A DNA stretch of 64,000 nt from Ramlibacter sp. (GCF_028291745.1 NZ_JAQGNQ010000028.1:12674-76673); one strand, 5' to 3'; numbered from the stretch's first letter, positions 32,698 through 41,733 are shown. The notes: a model not told the origin generated them from the sequence alone. Made by a program: numbers and translations.

Positions 32698-34272
32698 ATG
32701 GTGCTGATGTTCTACGTCGGCACCCACCTGCTGAATCACGCACTGGGCCTCGTCTCGCTGGCCGCCGCCGAAGCCGGCCGCCAAGTGTTCGTCGCGTTCT
32801 GGCGCAACCCCGTGATGACGGTGGTGTTCTACGGCGCCATCGTGTTGCATTTCTCGCTCGCGCTCGCGGCGCTGTATGGGCGGCGCACGCTGCTCATGAC
32901 CTTCACCGAGCTGCTGCGCGTGGTGCTCGGCTTCCTCATCCCTTTCCTGCTGGCGGGGCACTTCGTGCAGACGCGGCTGGTGCATGCGCTGTATGGCGTC
33001 GAGGACGACTACCGGCGCAACGTCTCGCTGATCTGGGCGGACGGATCCAGCGTCGCGCAGATGACGCTCGTCACGGTGGCCTGGCTGCACGCGTGCCTGG
33101 GCGTGCACTTCGCATTTCGCCATCGGCCGGCCTATCGCAAGTTGCAGACTTCGTTCATCGTCAGCGCGACGCTGCTGCCGATGCTCGCCGCCAACGGCTA
33201 TCTCGCCATGGCGCGCGAGCTGCAGTCGCTGCCGCCCTACGTGGAGCGCACGAGCGCCGCGCAGGCTGCGTTGCTGCAGTCGCTGGCCAGCGCGATCACC
33301 GCCACGGCGCTCGCGCTGCTGCTCGCCACGCTGCTGGCGCGCTGGGCACGCAACGCGTGGGTGCGGCGCACGCAGGGGCTGCTGCGCATCCGCTATCCGG
33401 ACCGCACGGTCGATGTGCCGCGTGGCTGGTCGGTGCTGGAGGCCAGCCGCGCCAATGGCATCCCGCACCTGTCGGTGTGCGGCGGCCGCTCGCGCTGCTC
33501 CACCTGCCGCATCGACGTCGAAGCCAGCGATGCGCCCCTGCCGCCACCCGAGGCCATCGAACAGCGCACGCTGACGCGCATCGCGGCACTGCCGACGGTG
33601 CGGCTTGCGTGCCAGTTGCGGCCCGCGGGTGACCTGCAGGTGCGCGTGCTGCTGGGCGTGCGCAGCGGCGAGCGTGCCTTCGAGCCGCTGGGTGCGGCCA
33701 TGGAGCGCGAGGTGGTGGTGCTGTTCACCGACCTGCGTCGCTGGACCAGCCTGTCGGAGGAGGAGCTGCCCTTCGACCTGGTCTACATGCTCGATCGCTA
33801 CTTCGAGGTGGTGGGCGACGCGGTGCGCGAGGCGGGCGGCATCCCCAACCAGTTCATCGGCGACAGCGTGATGGCGCTCTTCGGCACCGACACCGACGTG
33901 GCGACTGCCTCGCGCCAGGCGCTGGCCGCGGCCGCGGGCATCGCGCAGCGGATGGACGCCCTCAACGACACCATGCAGCAGGAGTTCGGCAAGCGCCTGG
34001 AGTTCGGCATCGGCATCCACGCGGGCATGGCCGCAGTGGGCACCGTGGGCTATCGCGAGACGCGCACGCTCACGGCCGTCGGCGATGCGGTCAACACGGC
34101 GAGCCGCCTGCAGGAATTGACCAAGCGCTTCGGCACCCGCCTGGTGCTGTCGGAGGACGTGCTGCGCCACGCCGGGCGGCAGGCGAAGGAATGCGTGGCG
34201 CACGACATCGATGTGCGCGGCCGGCGGGGCCGGCTGAAGGTCTATGCGACATCCGCGATTCCAGGTGCGTAA
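32698..34272 (+). CDS. Membrane-anchored class III nucleotidyl cyclase with internal plant-type [2Fe-2S] ferredoxin domain
   Basis: The N-terminus has multiple TM helices with conserved His. The ferredoxin module reads LSVCGGRSRCSTCRI...RLACQ. The cyclase core reads VVVLFTDLRRWTSL...NQFIGDSVMALFG...GIGIHAGMAAVGTVG...VGDAVNTASRL. The ATG at 32698 is preferred over the TTG at 32632. Confidence 0.8.
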   Translation: MVLMFYVGTHLLNHALGLVSLAAAEAGRQVFVAFWRNPVMTVVFYGAIVLHFSLALAALYGRRTLLMTFTELLRVVLGFLIPFLLAGHFVQTRLVHALYGVEDDYRRNVSLIWADGSSVAQMTLVTVAWLHACLGVHFAFRHRPAYRKLQTSFIVSATLLPMLAANGYLAMARELQSLPPYVERTSAAQAALLQSLASAITATALALLLATLLARWARNAWVRRTQGLLRIRYPDRTVDVPRGWSVLEASRANGIPHLSVCGGRSRCSTCRIDVEASDAPLPPPEAIEQRTLTRIAALPTVRLACQLRPAGDLQVRVLLGVRSGERAFEPLGAAMEREVVVLFTDLRRWTSLSEEELPFDLVYMLDRYFEVVGDAVREAGGIPNQFIGDSVMALFGTDTDVATASRQALAAAAGIAQRMDALNDTMQQEFGKRLEFGIGIHAGMAAVGTVGYRETRTLTAVGDAVNTASRLQELTKRFGTRLVLSEDVLRHAGRQAKECVAHDIDVRGRRGRLKVYATSAIPGA

Positions 34273-34351
34273 GCGCACATCGCGCTGGTCGGCCGGTGCC
34301 TAGAGTTCAGGCCATGGACAACGAGTCCATCAACACCGAAAGGACCTCACC

Positions 34352-34609
34352 ATGAACCGCCTCCTCGCCGCCACCGTCGCCGTCGCCTCCATCGCCTTTG
34401 CCGGCGCCGCCCTCGCCGACGACATCACCATCGACAACACGCATGCCGTGTCGAGCAAGACCCGTGCGGAAGTGCGCGCCGACTACCTGGCCTCGCGCCA
34501 GCAGGTTGCCGCACTGACGCGGGAAGACAGCGGGTCGCAATACTTGGCAGCGCGTGCGCAAGCCGAACGCGCTGCGCTGATTGCCGGCCGCAACACGACG
34601 GCGCAATAA
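34352..34609 (+). CDS. Secreted DUF4148-type small protein
   Basis: The protein reads MNRLLAATVAVASIAFAGAALADDITIDNT...SKTRAEVRADYLASRQ and is 85 aa. Confidence 0.6.
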   Translation: MNRLLAATVAVASIAFAGAALADDITIDNTHAVSSKTRAEVRADYLASRQQVAALTREDSGSQYLAARAQAERAALIAGRNTTAQ

Positions 34610-34638
34610 GCGCCGATGTCATTGGGGGCGTGGCCCGC

Positions 34639-35376
34639 TCAGGGCCCCGCTGCCAGCCACGGCTCCTTGCTGACCACGAAGTAGGTTTCGGGGTTCGAGA
34701 GGGAACCGAGCAAGCGAACCGGGCTGCCGGCGATGTGTCGCATGTGGAACTCGGTTCCCAGCCTTTTGCGCAGCCGGCGGTAGTCGAACCCCATGTGATG
34801 GAAGTGATACTGTATGCCGCTTGCGATTTCCGCGACCGGACGGTCCGTCGGCGGCATGCCGAGGAAGGAAAGGAAAACGTTCCTCGGCGTCGCATCGAAC
34901 TTGCCATAGCGGCGCGTCATGCGGAACAGTCCCTTGTAGAGCGCCGGCAGTCCGATTTCGTTCGGAACGCCGATGATCCCGACGCCGCCGTCGTTCAGCA
35001 AAGCCTTGATCTGCCGCAGTGCGTCGCTCGTCTCCCTGGGTGGAAGATGCTCGAAAACTTCCAGGCAGAACACGACATCGATGCTTCCTTCCGGAACGCA
35101 GGAGAGATCGCCCTCGAACTCCACGTTCGTGAGCCCGCGCAAATTCTGCTGCGCCTCCACCAATAGCGATGGCGTGGGTTCGTAGCAGATGATCCTGGCC
35201 TGGGGATATTTCGGGGCGAGGACCTTGCACAGTTCGCCACTACCCGCGCCGAAGTCGCAAATCGTCGCGTCGGATCGCAACTCGCCTGCCAACCTCAATG
35301 CGGTGCGCAGGCGGCTCATCTGCAGCCAGCGCTTGATCGGGTTTTTGTCCTTGAATGTCAGGTCGGAGTAGCTCAT
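34639..35376 (-). CDS. Class I SAM-dependent methyltransferase, codon-atypical
   Basis: SAM motif I is ICDFGAGSGELCK, followed by VVFCLEVFEHLP. The ATG is at 35376. There are many A/T-ending and rare codons (AGG, ATA, TTG, CTA), unlike the neighbouring genes. Confidence 0.7.
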   Translation of the reverse strand: MSYSDLTFKDKNPIKRWLQMSRLRTALRLAGELRSDATICDFGAGSGELCKVLAPKYPQARIICYEPTPSLLVEAQQNLRGLTNVEFEGDLSCVPEGSIDVVFCLEVFEHLPPRETSDALRQIKALLNDGGVGIIGVPNEIGLPALYKGLFRMTRRYGKFDATPRNVFLSFLGMPPTDRPVAEIASGIQYHFHHMGFDYRRLRKRLGTEFHMRHIAGSPVRLLGSLSNPETYFVVSKEPWLAAGP

Positions 35377-35431
35377 TGACGCGGGTGTTGGAACTGTGGG
35401 AACGAGCAGCAAGTGCGTACCACAGTCTTCC

Positions 35432-35460
35432 AAAAAACAAGCCCGGCGTCGCCGGGCTTA
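35432..35460 (-). terminator. Rho-independent terminator after the TctC-family gene
   Basis: Read on the minus strand the sequence is aagcccggcg-acg-ccgggctt followed by gtttttt, immediately after the stop at 35471. Confidence 0.7.
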
Positions 35461-35470
35461 TTTCACCGCG

Positions 35471-36448
35471 TTACTGTGGCTCCAGTCCCACCTTCTTCAC
35501 CAGCGCCGCGTATTTCTGCATTTCCGAGCGGAAGGCCGTCTGCGCCTGCTCGGGGCTGCTGATGCGGATCGTGTTGCCCTGCCTGGCCATCGTCTCCTTC
35601 ACGGCCGGATCGGCAAAGGCGGCGACCACCGCCTCGTGCGCCTTCTTGACGTGGGCCGCGCTCATGCCCTTGGGGCCGATCACCGCGAACCACGCTTCCA
35701 GCGTGAAGTCCTTCAGGCCCTGCTCGGAAAACGGCTGGATCTCGGGCGCCGCCGCAACGCGCTGCGGCGCCAGCAGGCCGATGGCGCGCAGCGCGCCGCT
35801 CTTGATCTGGCCTTGCACGCTGGGCAGGGCGGCGGTGGCGAAGTCGATCTGGCCACCCATCAGGTCCGTGACCATCGGGCCCACGCCCTTGTAGGGGATG
35901 TGGCGCGCGGTCGCGCCGCCGGCCTCCAGCACCATCTCGCTGGCCAGGTGCAGGATCGTGCCGTTGCCACCCGAGCCGAAGTTGTACTGGCCCGGCTTGG
36001 CCTTGAGCAGCGCGAAGAATTCCTTCGCATTGCTGGCGGGCAACTTGTTCGGATTGACCACCAGCACCATCGGCGTGGAACCGACCAGCGCGATCGGCGT
36101 GAAGTCGCCCGGCATGTCGAAGGGCAGCGACTTGATGACGCTCGGAAAGATCACCACGTTGTTCGACACCACGGCCAGCGTGTTGCCATCGGGCGCCGAG
36201 CGCGCGAGTGCCTGCAGGCCGACGATGCCGCCGGCTCCCGGCTGGTTGTCGACCACGACGTTGGCGCCGAGCGCCTTGGACAGCGCCGGGCTGGCCGCGC
36301 GCGTGATGGCATCCACGCCCGAGCCGGTGGCATTGGGCAGGATGAAGCGGACGGTGCCGGACTGTGCCAGGGCGCTGGCGCCGGCGGCGGATGCGGCAAG
36401 GGCCAGCAGCACGCTGCGGCGCGAGAAAAAGGGTGGCTGCGATTGCAC
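35471..36448 (-). CDS. Bug/TctC-family tripartite tricarboxylate transporter substrate-binding protein
   Basis: From the GTG at 36448 the translation reads VQSQPPFFSRRSVLLALAASAAGASALAQ (Tat-like signal). It then reads ...VVDNQPGAGGIVG...IPYKGVGPMVTDLMGGQIDF..., a Bug-family pattern. Confidence 0.85.
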   Translation of the reverse strand: MQSQPPFFSRRSVLLALAASAAGASALAQSGTVRFILPNATGSGVDAITRAASPALSKALGANVVVDNQPGAGGIVGLQALARSAPDGNTLAVVSNNVVIFPSVIKSLPFDMPGDFTPIALVGSTPMVLVVNPNKLPASNAKEFFALLKAKPGQYNFGSGGNGTILHLASEMVLEAGGATARHIPYKGVGPMVTDLMGGQIDFATAALPSVQGQIKSGALRAIGLLAPQRVAAAPEIQPFSEQGLKDFTLEAWFAVIGPKGMSAAHVKKAHEAVVAAFADPAVKETMARQGNTIRISSPEQAQTAFRSEMQKYAALVKKVGLEPQ

Positions 36449-36477
36449 TTCGATGTCTCCTGGGAAGCCGTATTGTC

Positions 36478-37680
36478 TCAGGCCACGACGGCCCTCGAAG
36501 TCAGGCCGTCGATGTCGGCCTCGGCCACGCCCAGCGAGCGCAGCAGCTCGCGCGTGTGCGCCCCGAGCTTCGGCGGATGGAGCCGCACGCCCAGGCGCTC
36601 GCCCGCCATCGTGAAGGGCAGCAGCGTGGTCTTCACGGTCTCGCCCGCCCTGGGCCCGTCGGGCAGCGTGACGTCGGCGAGGCCGCCGGTGGCCAGCAGG
36701 TGCTCGTCGTCGAACAGGTCTTCCGGACGCCGGATCGGCGCGAAGGGCAGACCCGCGCGTTCCATCAGCGCTGCCAGGTCGGCCGCCTTGCGGTGTGCGA
36801 GCCGTTCGCGCAGCGTGGCCAGCAGCCGCGGGCGCTGCACCACGCGCAGGTTGTTGGTGGCCAGCTCGGGCTCGCCCTTCAGGTCGGCAAAGCCGAGGAT
36901 GTCGCAGAACTTCTCCCACTGCGCATCGCTCACCGCCGCCAGGAAGATCTGTTCACCCTCGGCCACGGTGAACACGTCGTACACGGCCCACGGGTTGTCG
37001 CGCGCCGGCAGGGGCGCGGCGGGCTTGCCGGTCATCGCGTACTGCAGCATGTGCTGGCCCACCAGGAACACGTTGTTCTCGTACAGGGCCGACTGCACCT
37101 CCATGCCGCGGCCGGTGATGCCGCGCTGGATCAGCGCGCCCAGCACGCCGATGGCGGCGAACATGCCGCCCATGATGTCGTTGACGCTGGTGCCGGCGCG
37201 CAGTGGATCACCGGGGCGGCCCGTCATGTAGGCCAGGCCGCCCATCATCTGCACCACTTCGTCGAGCGCGGTGCGATGGTCGTAGGGCCCGGGCAGGAAG
37301 CCCTTGCACGTGGCGTAGATCAGCTTCGGATTCGCCGCGCTGAGCGAGGCGTAGTCCAGCCCGTACTTCTCCATCGTGCCCGGCTTGAAGTTCTCGGCCA
37401 CCACGTCGGCGCTGGCGCACAGCTTGCGGGCGAGCTCCGCGCCTTCGGGCGCGTGCAGGTCGATGCCGATGCTCTTCTTGTTGCGGTTGAACAGGGGGAA
37501 GAAACCGGAGCCGGCACCGAGCAGGCGGCGGGTGCGATCGCCCGCTATCGGTTCGACCTTGATCACTTCGGCGCCGAGGTCGCCCAGCACCATCCCGCAG
37601 GTGGGGCCCATGACCATGTGGGTGAATTCGACGACCCGCAGCCCTTGCAGGGGCAGCGTGGCCGGGCGGTTCTCAGGCAT
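36478..37680 (-). CDS. CaiB/BaiF family III CoA-transferase
   Basis: The translation reads MPENRPATLPLQGLRVVEFTHMVMGPTCGMVLGDLGAEVIKVEP.... The ATG at 37680 overlaps the upstream stop by 8 nt. Confidence 0.85.
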   Translation of the reverse strand: MPENRPATLPLQGLRVVEFTHMVMGPTCGMVLGDLGAEVIKVEPIAGDRTRRLLGAGSGFFPLFNRNKKSIGIDLHAPEGAELARKLCASADVVAENFKPGTMEKYGLDYASLSAANPKLIYATCKGFLPGPYDHRTALDEVVQMMGGLAYMTGRPGDPLRAGTSVNDIMGGMFAAIGVLGALIQRGITGRGMEVQSALYENNVFLVGQHMLQYAMTGKPAAPLPARDNPWAVYDVFTVAEGEQIFLAAVSDAQWEKFCDILGFADLKGEPELATNNLRVVQRPRLLATLRERLAHRKAADLAALMERAGLPFAPIRRPEDLFDDEHLLATGGLADVTLPDGPRAGETVKTTLLPFTMAGERLGVRLHPPKLGAHTRELLRSLGVAEADIDGLTSRAVVA

Positions 37681-38635
37681 GTGCAACTTCCTTCTTCATG
37701 GTCCGGGGCAATCCGGTCTTCCAGATCGTGCCGTGGGTGGCTTCGCCTTGCAGCCAGTGCGCGACCTTGGCCCGCAACGCCAGCAGCCTGTCGAAGTCCA
37801 GGCCGGTTTCGATTCCCATGCTGTGCAGCATGTAGGTGAGGTCTTCGGTGGCCACGTTGCCGCTGGCGCCGGGCGCATGCGGGCAGCCGCCGATCCCCGC
37901 CGTGCAGGCGTCGAAGCGGCTGATCCCGAGTTGCAGCGCGGCATACACGTTGGCGAGTCCCAGGCCACGCGTGTCGTGGAAGTGGCCGCAGACGAGGCGA
38001 TCGCCGGCCACCTTCAGCACGCGCTCGAACAGGCGCGAGACCATCGCCGGGTCGGCATAGCCCACGGTGTCGGCCAGGCTCACGGCATCGACGCCGGCAT
38101 CCAGCGCGGCCTGCACCAGACGCACGACTTCTTCCGGTTTGACCTCGCCCTGGATCGTGCAGCCGAAGGCGGTGCTGATGCCGACCTCGATCTGCGTGCG
38201 CCGGCCCGAGGCGTCGCGCTCGGCGCGGATGTTGGCGATCTCGGCCAGCACGTCGTCGGGTGCCTTGCGCAGGTTCGCCAGGCTGTGCGCGTGGCTAGCC
38301 GACAGCGGCAGCAGCATCATTTCCGCGTTGGCTTCCAGCGCGCGCTGCGCGCCCTTGAGGTTGGGGACGAGCACGGTGGCGCGCAGGCCGGGCAGGGTCT
38401 GCGCGAAGGCCAGCACATCGGCCGTGTCGGCCAGTTGCGGCAGCAGCCTGGGCGGCACGAAGGAGCCGACCTCGATCTCGCGTTGGCCGGCGGCATAGGC
38501 GTCGCGGATCCATTCGATCTTGGCGGCGGTGGGCACGATCGTGGCGACGCTCTGCAGGCCGTCGCGCAGGCCCACTTCGCGCACGACCACGCGGCGCGGC
38601 AGGGCTGCCATCGCGGAAGAAGGGGTAGCGTTCAT
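37673..38635 (-). CDS. Hydroxymethylglutaryl-CoA lyase-like (HMGL family) acyl-CoA lyase
   Basis: The TIM-barrel DRE-TIM metallolyase pattern is VVVREVGLRDGLQS...HFHDTRGLGLANVYAALQLG...GGCPHAPGASGNV. Confidence 0.85.
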   Translation of the reverse strand: MNATPSSAMAALPRRVVVREVGLRDGLQSVATIVPTAAKIEWIRDAYAAGQREIEVGSFVPPRLLPQLADTADVLAFAQTLPGLRATVLVPNLKGAQRALEANAEMMLLPLSASHAHSLANLRKAPDDVLAEIANIRAERDASGRRTQIEVGISTAFGCTIQGEVKPEEVVRLVQAALDAGVDAVSLADTVGYADPAMVSRLFERVLKVAGDRLVCGHFHDTRGLGLANVYAALQLGISRFDACTAGIGGCPHAPGASGNVATEDLTYMLHSMGIETGLDFDRLLALRAKVAHWLQGEATHGTIWKTGLPRTMKKEVAHA

Positions 38636-38666
38636 GCCGCAAGTTTAGAATTTCCCGAACGAGCCG

Positions 38667-39608
38667 TTGCCTCCCATTCGGAACGACTGCGTTCCGATCG
38701 GGAACATCTTGCGCGATTTCGACCTCACCACGCTGCGCCTGTACGTCTCCGTCTGCGAGACGGGCAACATCGCGCGCGCCGGCGAGAAGGCCAGCATCGT
38801 CGGCTCCGCCATCAGCAAGCGGCTGGCCCGGCTGGAGGAGCAGGTGGGCACGCCGCTGCTGGTGCGCAAGCGCCATGGCGTGGTGCCAACTGCCGCCGGG
38901 CAGACGCTGCTGGAACACGCGCGGGGCATGCTCGATGGCGCCGCGCGGATCGAGCGCGACATGCAGGCCTACGTGGCGGGCGGCCGCGGCCAGGTGCGCA
39001 TCCTGGCCTCGGTGTCGGCCATGACCGAGTCGCTGGCCGACGACGTGGCCACGTTCCTGCGCCAGGGCCCGCATCGCAGCATCCGCGTCGACCTGGAGGA
39101 GCGCGTCAGCCCGGAGATCGTGCGCGGCATCCGCGAAGGACTGGCTTCTCTGGGCGTGTGCTGGGACGCCACCGACCACGCCGGACTGCAGACCCGCCCC
39201 TATCGCCGCGACACCCTGTGCGTGGTCGTGCCCAAGGGCCATCCGCTGGCGCGCCGCAGCGCCGTGCGCTTCGCCGATACGTTGGACTACGAACACGTGA
39301 GCCTGCCGGTGAACAGCGCCGTGCAACTGATGCTGCAGCGCCAGGCGGTGCAGCGCGGGCGCAGCGTGAAGCACCGGGTGGTCGTGAGCAACTTCGAGGC
39401 GGCCCTGCGCGTGGTGCGCGCCGGCCTCGCCATCAGCGTGGTACCGCGCGAGGTGGTAGCCCCCACCGCGCTCGCCATGCTGCGCCTGCTGCCGCTGGCC
39501 GAGCCCTGGGCCGAGCGGCGTTTCATCCTCTGCTTTCGCGACGCCCAGTCGCTGGCGCCGGCGGCGCAGCTGCTGGTGGACCATCTCGCCTCCCTGGCCC
39601 CACCATGA
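38667..39608 (+). CDS. LysR-family transcription regulator
   Basis: The HTH reads FDLTTLRLYVSVCETGNIARAGEKASIVGSAISKRLARLEEQVG. The start is ambiguous: an ATG at 38667, or a TTG at 38709 that gives the usual short N-terminus. Confidence 0.85.
   Translation: MPPIRNDCVPIGNILRDFDLTTLRLYVSVCETGNIARAGEKASIVGSAISKRLARLEEQVGTPLLVRKRHGVVPTAAGQTLLEHARGMLDGAARIERDMQAYVAGGRGQVRILASVSAMTESLADDVATFLRQGPHRSIRVDLEERVSPEIVRGIREGLASLGVCWDATDHAGLQTRPYRRDTLCVVVPKGHPLARRSAVRFADTLDYEHVSLPVNSAVQLMLQRQAVQRGRSVKHRVVVSNFEAALRVVRAGLAISVVPREVVAPTALAMLRLLPLAEPWAERRFILCFRDAQSLAPAAQLLVDHLASLAPP
38679..38696. promoter_or_regulatory. Perfect palindrome CGGAACG-ACTG-CGTTCCG, candidate LysR-type operator in the divergent control region
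   Basis: The palindrome was seen directly. It is nested within the outer inverted repeat ttcccga...tcgggaa (38652-38704). It lies upstream of the alternative TTG start (38709) of the LysR gene. Confidence 0.4.
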
Positions 39609-41575
39609 ACGACACCCTGGACCTTGGCGCCACCCCGCGCATCCTCTTCCTGTCGCAAGACGGCGAGGCGATGCGCGCGCAACTCGCCGGCGAGCGCCTC
39701 ACCCGCGCGCAGGCCGGCGCCCTGCGTGACGACGTCAGCACCGACGAGATCACGCCGGTGCGCATCATGTCGCACTACGACGAAAGCCTCGCGCGCTTTC
39801 CCTACACCGGCTTCACCACCGCCGATGGCGCGACGCCGATTGCCGCCGGCGCCGTGCCGGCCGCCGGCTTCCAGGTCACGGTGAGCGGACGCCGCTACGG
39901 CAAGGGCAGCTCGCGCGAGCACAGCCCGGCGGCGGAGAAACTGGCCGGCATCCGGCTGGTGATCGCCGAAAGCTTCGAGCGCATCTACCGCCAGAACGCC
40001 GACAACATCGGCCTGTTCACGACCACCGACTTCGGCCTGGTCGAGCGGCTGCAGCGCGGCGAGGCGATCCCCATCGCCGAGCTGGTGGCCGGGCGCGACG
40101 CGCTGGCCGCGGCGATCCTGCGCAGCGGCGGGCTGCTGCGTTTCGGCCAACAGCATCTGCGCGACGCGCAGCCCGTCGCCACGCCGGCAGCGGGTCGGCC
40201 CTTGACGCTGTTCGAGAAGATCGTGCAGCGGCACATGCTGCGCACGCCGGTGACGCCCGATGTTCCGCAGGCGGGCGAAGGCTGTTTCTTGCGCGCCGAC
40301 TGGCGCTTCATCCATGAGTACTACACGGGCATGGCGGTGCACATGCTCCATGCCACCTTCGGCCCGGCGATCCCCTTGCGCGACCAGGACTCGATCGTCG
40401 TGTTCGAGGACCACACCTCGTACCTGGAAGAAAGCCCCGCGCATGCCGGCTCGCCGCTGCTGCCCAACATGCATCGCATGTGCGAGGCGCAGCGCGTCTT
40501 CGTCGCTGATTACGATCTGCGCCACCACCGGACCCTGACGGAGGAAGAGGCGCGCAGCGACGCTGGCCGCAACAGCGCCGGCATCTCGCACGCGATGATG
40601 GCCGAGCACTATGCCTTGCCCGGGCAACTGGTCTGCGGCACCGATTCACACACGCCGCACAGCGGCGCGCTGGGCTGCGTCGCCTTCGGGGTGGGCACCA
40701 CCGACATGGCCAATGCGTTCGTCACCGGCGCGGTTCGCCTGACGATGCCGCGCGTGCTGCGGGTCGAGCTCGATGGCACGCTGCCGCCGGGGGTCGCGGC
40801 CAAGGACATCGCGCTGCACCTGCTGCAGCTGCCCACCATCCGTGCCGGCGGCGGGGTCGGCCAGGTGTTCGAGTTTGCCGGCAGCGCGCTGGCCGCGCTC
40901 TCCACCGACGAACGCGCGACGCTCACCAACATGACGGCGGAACTCGGTGGCCTGACCGGCATCGTCGAACCCGATGCCGAGACGGTGCGCTTCCTGCGCG
41001 AGCGCCGCGGCGTCGACTTCACGCTGGAGCCGTGGATGAAGAGCGATGCCGGCGCCCGCTACAGCGAAGTGCTGCGCGTGGATTGCGCGGCGCTGTCGCC
41101 GATGGTCGCCCGCCCCGGCGACCCGGGCAATGGCGTGCCGCTGTCCGAGCTGCGCGAGCGCGTGCCGGTGGACATCGCCTACGGGGGCTCGTGCACTGCG
41201 GGCAAGCGCGAGGACTTCGACCAGTACCACGCGGTGCTGGCCTGGGGCCTGGCGCAGGGGCTGAGGGTGCCAGCGCACGTGCAGCTGTTCCTGCAGTACG
41301 GCACGACGGCGGTGCGCGACTACTGCATCGCGCAGGGCTACGACCGCACCTTCGCCGCGGCCGGCGCGCGCATCCTGCAGCCCTCGTGCGGCGCCTGCGC
41401 GAACTGCGGCCCGGGGTCTTCGAGTGCGGCTGGCCAGGTCACGGTGAGCGCGATCAACCGCAACTTTCCCGGCCGCTCAGGGCCCGGCCAGGTGTGGCTG
41501 GCAAGCCCGGCGACGGTGATGGCGAGCGCGTTGGCGGGGGAGTTGGTGTCGTGGGCGGAGTTGCGGGCGCGCTGA
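39605..41575 (+). CDS. Aconitase-family hydro-lyase, fused small(swivel)-then-large domain order (LeuD-LeuC-like fusion)
   Basis: The N-terminal swivel domain reads GRRYGKGSSREHSP...IAESFERIYRQN. The catalytic domains read CGTDSHTPHSGALG, GGSCTAGKRED and SCGACANCGPG (Fe-S cysteines). The ATG overlaps the LysR stop (ATGA). Confidence 0.8.
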   Translation: MNDTLDLGATPRILFLSQDGEAMRAQLAGERLTRAQAGALRDDVSTDEITPVRIMSHYDESLARFPYTGFTTADGATPIAAGAVPAAGFQVTVSGRRYGKGSSREHSPAAEKLAGIRLVIAESFERIYRQNADNIGLFTTTDFGLVERLQRGEAIPIAELVAGRDALAAAILRSGGLLRFGQQHLRDAQPVATPAAGRPLTLFEKIVQRHMLRTPVTPDVPQAGEGCFLRADWRFIHEYYTGMAVHMLHATFGPAIPLRDQDSIVVFEDHTSYLEESPAHAGSPLLPNMHRMCEAQRVFVADYDLRHHRTLTEEEARSDAGRNSAGISHAMMAEHYALPGQLVCGTDSHTPHSGALGCVAFGVGTTDMANAFVTGAVRLTMPRVLRVELDGTLPPGVAAKDIALHLLQLPTIRAGGGVGQVFEFAGSALAALSTDERATLTNMTAELGGLTGIVEPDAETVRFLRERRGVDFTLEPWMKSDAGARYSEVLRVDCAALSPMVARPGDPGNGVPLSELRERVPVDIAYGGSCTAGKREDFDQYHAVLAWGLAQGLRVPAHVQLFLQYGTTAVRDYCIAQGYDRTFAAAGARILQPSCGACANCGPGSSSAAGQVTVSAINRNFPGRSGPGQVWLASPATVMASALAGELVSWAELRAR

Positions 41576-41590
41576 AGTTGGGGCGCTTTC

Positions 41591-41664
41591 GTAGGCTGGG
41601 CTGCCGCAGACACCCCAGCGATCGCGCAACCAAATGCTGGGGTGCCTTCGGCAGCCCAGCCTAC
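41591..41664. repeat. REP pair (family C)
   Basis: gtaggctgggctgccgcagacaccccagc, a 17-nt spacer, then gctggggtgccttcggcagcccagcctac. Confidence 0.85.
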
Positions 41665-41733
41665 AGGGGCCGCTTGCCGTACCCCGACCGCGGCGCGATT
41701 CGGCTAAGGTAGCGCGGCCTCGTTGCGCACGCC

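Noticed and set aside
37376-39604. An upstream 740-codon extension of the aconitase-family ORF (track ORF 37376-41575, 1399 aa)
   Set aside because: The extension runs antisense through the CoA-transferase and HMGL genes and in another frame through the LysR gene, and it has junk composition. The recognisable protein begins at the ATG at 39605.
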